NCBI RefSeq assembly: GCF_032444005.1
Contig: NC_091285.1
Span: forward strand, 705,250,001-705,314,000
Length of the DNA: 64,000 bases
Reading direction: 5' to 3'
DNA from: Ranitomeya imitator
Lineage: Eukaryota
Shown here: positions 56,071 through 64,000 of the stretch, in pieces
Layout: every line of letters begins with the position of its first letter
Position numbering within the stretch: position 1 is the stretch's first letter
The notes under the pieces: model-generated
The model's database searches: none
The model's input: only the letters and a program-made list of their open reading frames with translations
What the model was told of the DNA's origin: nothing
Made by a program: the position numbers and the translations under genes

Positions 56071-59000
56071 CACACCATGACCATATTGCATGATGTTGTC
56101 ACACGTTACCATCCGGTCTTGAAGCTAAGTGTAGATACTTTGCTAAATAGCATCTTAGCATTACATTACATTCTATTTGTGCTGAATGTGGAGATATTTC
56201 AAATAATGTATCTACACATATGCAGCATGTAGTCATGCATATAATGACATGTGTACAAGCCTGTGAAAAAAGGCAAATTGAATGATTCCAGAAATCTAAT
56301 GCTGTTTTTTTACATTACAGCTAAGAAAGATAATACTCCTGTCCTGCATCATGACCAGCTGACCAACACGGCAGCAGCATGTCTACTGCATTTGATTAAC
56401 AGGTGTCTCATCTGAAGGAAGCTAAGACACACAACAGATATCACAATGAGAGATGAGCGATCATTACAAGTTTCGTTTTGATTTGATTCACCAAACTTAC
56501 CGATGTTCGCCAAACATGTTCAACGAACATACCCGGACCTCATTCAATTCAATGGGAGGACAAGCCAAACATATACACAACACCTTAAAGGGTAACAAAA
56601 AGCTTTGCAAACAGGTAAAATTAGTGGCCAACACCATGAAAAGTGAAATCAATTGACCTACAGAACTAATTTTTAAATGGCACAACAGCAGTCAGCCATG
56701 TGCCATAGATGAGGTGTCAGGTATTGGGCAAGCATTTAGAGATTTGAACTTAAGTTTCAAATAAATCCTGGTGGTTAAGGGAGCAGTATAAGCCTCGTTT
56801 GCTCGGAGCTCTGATACGTCATTGAACAGCTCTACAGTTACACTCAGGTGACACAAACATCAGTTTCATACAGTACTATTGGTAGTAAAATGTACAGGAT
56901 GTTGACTGATCAATTTACCCACAGTAAAACCTTTTATAATGGCATAGAAGCAGTCATACATGAGGCATGCATGAGGTATCATGGTCTGGGTCAGCATTTA
57001 CAGCTTTGCATTGACGTTTCAATTGTGACCTGGTGGTTAAGGGAGCATTGTAAGACCTTTTGCTGGGAGTCCTGATACCTCATGTAGCAGCTCCATTTTG
57101 TTTCATAGCAATAATCTTGGTAGAAAAATGTAAGGAAAGTTACACAGATAGTTGAGTTAAAGTAAGTGCAGGTCTGCCTGTCTGGGAGCCCTACTTGAAA
57201 TGGTGACACACATGAAGGACACTTAACTTGAATTCTCCAGATATCAAAAAACTATTGCCACACACCACAAAAGTGTCATTAATTTCCACAGAGTAGAATT
57301 AGCATAATATTCCTCTGACACATCTTCCACTACAGGATACCCACCAGATGGAGACACATCTTTGAGTCTGCACATTACAAAAAATAGTCTGCAACATCTG
57401 CAGTAGTAGCAAGCGCAGGCACAGAATCCACAACAAAGGTGGCACAGACTGCAATAACACGAGATCAATGAATGACACTAAAAACACCGTCGCCTACTCT
57501 TCAAAGTCTGCGACTGAGGTGCAAAAGTCATTGGAGATCCATGACTTGTTAATCTTAATGGAAGTTAGGCCATTTACACTTTCAGGGAACAGCCAGATGC
57601 ACTTTTATGGCAGGAAACTACCAGTAGTATTGAAGATATGTTGTGGGAAAATGCCAATTGTCGGGCATGACAAAATCTCCAAGGCGTGAAAGACAAGCTC
57701 TGACCACTTTTCCATTCTTCAAGACCAAAATGTAAAAGGGTAAAAATTTCCCCCGATGGCATTGATATTGAGCTCCAGAAATTCCTGCACCATCCTCTGC
57801 ATTTATTCACAACAGGTCAGACTTGCACTCTGTTCTGCTGGTTCATGGGCTGGTCTAAAAAAATGTGTGAAATGACCCTTAGAAATTGCTTATGCCACTT
57901 GCCATGCTGCTGCTAATGTTTTTGCGATAATGCCTTGACGTTCCTGGGGTTGAGCGTCTACAACTGAGATGAACACTGTGTGCCTCACTGCTGTCTTGGG
58001 GAAAACCACACTTAAGATTGTTTACAAGCCTGTTTTGACACTCCAGCATGCTTGCGTCTTTTTCCAGGTAGGGAAGCAAAATGTACTCTTGTACCATGGA
58101 TTTAACAGAGTGGCAAATCTGTAGCTAGCACTATTTTTCACCAAAAGAATATGAGCATCATGTTGAAGATACTGCAGCAAAAAATCTCTCAGGTGTCAGG
58201 AACTTCCATGAGGTTCAAGTTCATGGTGTGTAGGTGGTGGGGTAACAGTGAAGGTTGCTTCCTCTGTCCCCTCCCATCACCCATGTACAACAGATAGGGG
58301 ATCATTTTCTTCTTCATCTCTTGACTGTTGTGTGTCTACCACCTCTTCATCCTCATTCTCTTCAATTAGTTCCTCAAATCTTGCACCTTCACTAACAGTT
58401 TGTCTGACACCATGAACCCTCCTTGATCACTGTAATCCACTCTCCCATGGCATCCACCTGTGTGATGATAGTCCAGAACTTAGAGATATTTTTTATCCCT
58501 CTCACTCACTCTGTCTGTAGGGGTTAAACAAGTGGATGTTCTGTGGCTGGACACTTGTGAGAAAACACTTGGCATAGTGATGGAGCAAGAAGAAGCAGCA
58601 GATGTGGTTAATGGGATGGCCAGTAGTTCGTGGCATTTAGCACATTCATTTTCCCAGACTAAAGCATGTTAATTGCTCTTATGGAAATTCATGCATGTAA
58701 TGAGTCTTAATTTTGCAAATTTGGCCGAAAACTTGAGTTGGATCACCTCTGCAGTCTCAAAAAAGGCCCTGGCTTGGTAACTCTTGCTAGGTAACCCTTG
58801 CTATTTCTGTGAACTGCAGTATTGTGGTGATGGCCACAACCAGAGTTGTGGCTGTGGATGCAGTGCTTGTCGTGGTTGCATTACCTTGTCATGTAAACTC
58901 CCTGTCTTCCCTCTCCTCCACCTCCTCTATTGAATTACTCAGCTGCATACTTCTGGGCTCACACCAAGTGGGATCTACAACCTCATCATCATCCTCTCTA

Positions 59001-59656
59001 TTCTTACACTCCTCATCCTGAGAGTCAACCTCCTCCTTTTCCTGCCCTGACACCACAGAACAGTCCACGTGCACTTCTAATATTTGAGTCTCATCAGGAT
59101 CACCTCCACCCCAGGTAGTTAACTTCTAGTGACCAGGGTATGGATTCTGCTCAGACCCTAGTTCGTCCATCCTAGGATCCAACATAAAAATATTTTGGGC
59201 ATTAGTGAGTTGCTTTCATTCCCTGGATTCTGTTAATATTTGGAGCAGACCTGTGAGCCTAAGGAATACAATGTGCGAACATCTCTGCAAAATGGCCTAT
59301 CTGTGATTCTCCACAGTCAGTTGTGCGTTTGGAAATTTGTGATGCAAGGGGAAATAAGGGTGATTAAGGTGCCAACTCTGAGGATTGTACTGTGTGTGAT
59401 GTTAAGTTGGAGGAAAAGGAGGAGAGGCCACTTGATGAAGTGCTTGATATCCACTGGAGCACATGAACTGCCCTCATCTACAAGGCTTACCGGTCTGTGT
59501 CTGTCAAAGAAGGGGAGTGGATCAAACCTCCTCCCTTTCCACCACGACCTTGTTTTTTCACACTCAAATTGTATATACCCTTCACCTATTTTAACCTGAT
59601 GTTTCACAACCTTAGACCGACATATTTCAGTCTCCTTTCACTAAATTAACAATCAC

Positions 59657-59912
59657 TATTTATTATTATAATTATTATTATTATTAGACTTTTTTAAAGT
59701 GCTATTTATTTCATGACAATTTACATGCAAAAGGGGCAAATATAGACAAGTACAATGGACATGAGCAAAAAAAAAAGGCACACACAAGTACAGAAGGAGT
59801 GAGGACCCTGCCCACGAGGCCTCACAGTCTGCAATGTGCGGGTGAGGATACACTAGGAGAGGGTAGAGTTGGTAATGCTGCAGTTCAGTAGACTGAGGAT
59901 CACTGCAGGTTG
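59657..59912 (-). mobile_element. L2-like LINE 3' fragment inserted in hAT-D
   Basis: (tta)n tract followed by ...aaagtgctatttatttc...tttacatg...gaggaccctgccc...ctcacagtct, resembling frog L2 3' ends as I recall them. Family assignment not verified by search. Confidence 0.6.
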
Positions 59913-59924
59913 TTTGCTTGTCCT

Positions 59925-60300
59925 CTTGTTTCCTCACTGCAACACAGTTTGATCCCAAATGATTTGAGTTAGCAAATACGGCCTCCTGGCTGAACCCATG
60001 TATTAGGCGGAACAATATTTAGAAAAAATGTGGCCAGCCTTCTGATTCCTCACTGCAGCACAGTTTAATCACAGACTGTTAGGATTAGCAAATAGGCACT
60101 CCTGTCCGGTCCCCTATATTAAGCCAAACGATTTTTAAGAGGAAATGTGTCCTTCTGATTCCTCACTGCAACACAGTTTTAACCAAAACGATTTGGTTTA
60201 GAAAACGCAGCCTACTGGCTGAACCCCAATATTAGTCCTATTGATTTTTATGAGGAAATCTCGCCTTCTGATTCCTCACTAAAGGACAGGTTTTGCCTAA
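59925..60300. repeat. Four diverged ~113-116-bp units in the 5' part of hAT-D
   Basis: ttcctcact at 59930, 60046, 60159 and 60272, with flanking ccttctga and acacagttt. Confidence 0.8.
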
Positions 60301-61715
60301 ATGATGTTGATTAACAAATGTGGCCTCCTGAGAACTGCCACACAGTTTTTGCAGTTTTTTTTTAGTTAGATGCTGTAAGATCGATTTCATACAGGACATG
60401 ATCCTATTTAGCTAACTGACAAGTTCACTTTCAGTAGCAGCACTGTGACACTGAGAAAATAGCGACATCAAAACAAGATGTCCACTATTTATATGAGCAG
60501 GGACATGTGACTTCGGGAACCAGAAGACCTTGTGTCATCATGATGTTGTGGATAGTTTCTGCGCCCTGATTGGCTGCCGGAATGTACACACATTAAGATA
60601 TTGAAGAAAACCAAACGATTTATCGTCCGCTGCTCCTCTGACCCAAACACACCCTTCCCCTAAAAAAAAACGTCCCCTCTGCTCATCATACAGCTCCACT
60701 ATCCTAGCCAAAGTCCTAACAAAAGCATTGGTGGAAAAGCGACCATGTAACAAACTTTGGCCGACTTTTGCTGAATATGGGTCAAATTTATTTGGAAACT
60801 GAACACGAATCCAAATGTGGTCCGTTCATGATGAATTTAAGATTGGCATAAGTTTTCCAAACAAGTTCGCTTATCTCTAGTCACAACTGTAGTCGAGCCA
60901 ATCCCTCTAATGTCATTCTCTGTATATTTTATGTACTCCATAGTTAGGGCAGGAGAATTGGTCCTCAAGATATTAACCGCTTCCTGAATTTAAAAATCGC
61001 GTGTCATTTTAATTTCATGTTTTTACTTTTTTTTTACTTTTGCTGAAGTTAAAGGTTTACTTCTTATAAAGTTTTTTCTTTTTATTAAGTTTAACTTTTG
61101 TGACTTCGGTGATTTAAAACACAGGAGACACATGAGGTAATGAATGGCAAATCATCTCCTGAAGTTGTTTTCTACCGTCCTCTTCCTTTTTTTCGTGCCG
61201 ATATATATAAATACTGGTGGTTACTTTGAGTCTGTTCATCCCACAAAGGATCACTTGTCTGGGAAGCTGCTGTGTAAATTTGGACGTTTGATTACCTTAT
61301 TATTTTTGTATTATTTATCCACAAGAATATTTTCAACAGGAGGATGTAACACAATTGATCTTAACTGAGAATAAAATTGTAAAGGAGAAAAATCTGATGC
61401 ATAGTAAGTTTACATTCATTTTGGATACTCTCATTGATTTTAGAAATATTTATGCGAGACATAGAGACAAAAAAATGTTTTTCTTTGCAGGTGATTATTA
61501 AAGATTAATAATATAAGTCAGTAACTGCTGTACCAGATTATATACTGACCATGGATGGAGGTGAAAAGGAGAGAAGGGTTAAGAATGTCAGGCATTTTTT
61601 TCCTGGAGATGAGTGCAGACATATAAAGAAAGCGCAAGTTGTAAATGTTTGTATGAACGTTGTATTGCACTTACCAGACACAAGATAGTCTATGAAGGTA
61701 CAGAAGATTGGTGAC

Positions 61716-62359
61716 TAGCGTTGAGCATTCCGATACCGCAAGTATCGGGTATCGGCCGATATTTGCGGTATCGGAATTCCGATACCGAGTTCCGATATTT
61801 TTGCGATATCGGGAATCGGGATCGGGATGAATATTCATGTGAAAAATAAAGAATAAAAATACAAAATATTCATATACTCACCCTCGGACGTGCCCTGGTT
61901 GTAACCGCTGCAACCAGCAACCTCCGTTTCTAAGAATGAGCGAGTGAAGGACCTGCGATGACGTCGCGGCTTGTGATTGGTCAGGCGAGCAGTCACATGA
62001 GCGGTCACGCGACCAATCACAAGCCGCGATATCATCGAAGGTGCTTCACCCTGCATTCTTAGGAACGGAGGCTGCCGGTTACACCGCTAAGGTCCAGGGT
62101 CGGCCGAATGGGTGAGTATATCCATATTTTTTATTTTTATTCTATATTTTTTACATGAATATGGATCCCAGGGCCTGAAGGAGAGTTTCCTCTCCTTCAG
62201 ACCCTGGGAACCATTCCAGGATCACTTCCGATATTTGTGTCCCATTGACTTGGATTGGTATCGGGTATCGGTATCGGCGATATCCGATATTTTTCGGATA
62301 TCGGCCGAGACAATCCGATACCGATACTTTCAAATATCGGAAGGTATCGCTCAACACTA
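61716..62359. mobile_element. hAT MITE with palindromic core
   Basis: TIRs tagcgttgagc / gctcaacacta; TSD ttggtgac / ttggtgat; subterminal ccgata repeats; central CCAAT/CRE palindrome. Confidence 0.9.
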
Positions 62360-63008
62360 TTGGTGATGGAGTTGCAAGAGCAAAACTAGTGGAGGAGCTG
62401 GAAATGAGGAGAATCTAGAGAAGAAGTGGGTACATGTCTACGTAAGGTCTTATAGAGGAGCTTGAGAAGTACCGGAAGAATTGGCAGAGAGAAAAGGGCA
62501 GACCAGAAGTACAGTTGAGGATCGGTGTGTTGACATGCTTTTATGCAAGATACACTTTGCTGCTACATTTTTAAACCTATTAAAATACCAAAAAAAGTAA
62601 AAGAACATTTTGTACATGGGTCTGATGTACAGTCAACATGAGTTAAATATTAATTATTAACCACTGAGAGAAGTGTCACTGTCTGGATTCAAATAGTAAT
62701 CATTCAAAGATTGAATATTGCAAGTTTTTTTTTTTTTTTAAATTGACACATTTTTGTGTTTTTTTTTCTTTAATTCAAAACATATAAACCAATGCTCCCC
62801 ACTGTCATAAAGTATAAGGTGTCATGAATAGAAAACATTTTCAAAATCACAGGGATATGTTGAAACTAAGGGGTTAAATCATCAATAACTGATTCATCAC
62901 AGCTACAGTCGTCAAGGCTGAAGGGCAGGTCGGAAAAAAATGTTTCAATGAATTGTCTTTAATATTTGATTCGTGATTATTCTAAGTTTTATTTTTGCTA
63001 CGTTATTA

Positions 63009-63400
63009 TTAACCCCTTAAAAACAATGGACCTTTTTGGTTTTTATCTCACCTAATGCAATCAGTCCATATGTTTTGATTTTCACATCAACATAGACATC
63101 TGAGGGGTTATTTTTTTATGCTGTAAAGATTGTACTTTTGAAGGACATAACTCATATTAACCGATATAATGTATTGAAAAACAGGAAAAAAACTCCAACT
63201 TAGGCAAAATGGTGAATCAAAAAGTAACTCTACCATAGTTTTTGGGGGCTTTGTTTTTACAGCATTTATTGTGACCTTGAAATATTGTTGTCCCGTCAGT
63301 CCGATTATGATGATATTAAATAAACATCATTTTTTTATCTACTTAAAAGATTAAAGCAAATTCACAATATCGTAAAGAAACTTTGTGTCGTAATTGTAGG
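63009..63400. mobile_element. Degenerate piggyBac-type left-end remnant
   Basis: ttaa+ccccttaa at 63009-63020, followed by sequence loosely similar to the start of 14591-15868. Confidence 0.4.
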
Positions 63401-63489
63401 AGACCGTAACATTATTATTCCTTTGTTGATGGGGCTAAGAGAGGGCTGTGACCCCGCATCAATGTCGCTGACCCCCCAGAATGCAACAT

Positions 63490-63567
63490 TTGCACTATAA
63501 GATGCACTTTCATTTACCTCTCAAATCTGGGGAAAAAAAGTGCGTCTTATAGTCTGAAAGATACGGA
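63490..63567 (-). mobile_element. Terminus of a Tc2/pogo-like TcMar MITE
   Basis: Reverse complement reads ccgtatctttcagactataagacgcac; internal IR ctataagatgcac / gtgcgtcttatag. Confidence 0.5.
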
Positions 63568-64000
63568 ATATGAAGCTAGAGATTTTTTAGTGTATATTTT
63601 TGTGTATGTTTTATTGCACTATTTTTGTACACAACAGGGTCTCCTTTTAATGAAGACCTGAAACCAAGTGAAAATGGTTCAATTTCCAATCTTATTAAAA
63701 TACTGAGTATTATGTTTTCAATCTTTCTTTATTCTGCCAAATGGTTCCAAATATATGACCCTTTCAATTCTATCAATATGCAAAGTTTATGCTCCTTACC
63801 AATGAATTGCGCACTACATTTCTTTTATTTTTCGCAAAGTCCACTTGTACAGACAATCAAAATTATTGGAAGCACAAAATAAAGATGAACATTACTCTGG
63901 AATGTATTTCTGGATTTACCAGGCAAATAAAAGGAATACTAGTGTGAGGGAAGTGAATAAGAGCATAAATGAGACACTTTTGAACTGATGACCGATCTTG

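Larger units (their letters stand above)
56448..60879 (-). mobile_element. Old hAT (hAT-D) with heavily degraded transposase
   Basis: Termini gagagatgagcga (56448) and ttcgcttatctcta (ending 60879); TSD-like atcacaat / gtcacaac (6 of 8 match). Minus-strand ALEILSCP...ESVNGLTSIKINKSWIS (~57535-57690) is the hAT C-terminal domain; DDDEVVDPTW near 58980. Confidence 0.8.

Noticed and set aside
1-64000. rRNA, bona fide tRNA genes, or prokaryotic/viral genes
   Set aside because: None recognised; the only tRNA-like sequence is the SINE head near 7300-7363.

Overview
Repeat-dominated vertebrate genomic DNA. It is most likely from an anuran (frog), inferred from the TE families and the olfactory receptor type. 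The only host gene is a class II olfactory receptor (12116-13051) whose apparent ATG is followed directly by TAG. The rest is transposable elements: Harbinger-type foldback MITEs, a V-SINE-like SINE, two near-identical CR1 LINEs, three solo LTRs of one family, piggyBac-type TTAA elements, a Tc1 remnant, Penelope-like fragments with hammerhead ribozyme motifs, and at least five related hAT transposons plus two hAT MITEs. Positions ~24-56 kb form one nested stack. Its centrepiece is an 18.5-kb hAT (34917-53410, 13-bp TIRs, perfect 8-bp TSD) whose transposase is flanked by two large tandem arrays. A 5'-truncated CR1 inserted in frame into that transposase, giving a ~1030-codon ORF that joins transposase sequence to an intact endonuclease-reverse transcriptase. 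All coordinates and alignments were read by eye; no database searches were run.
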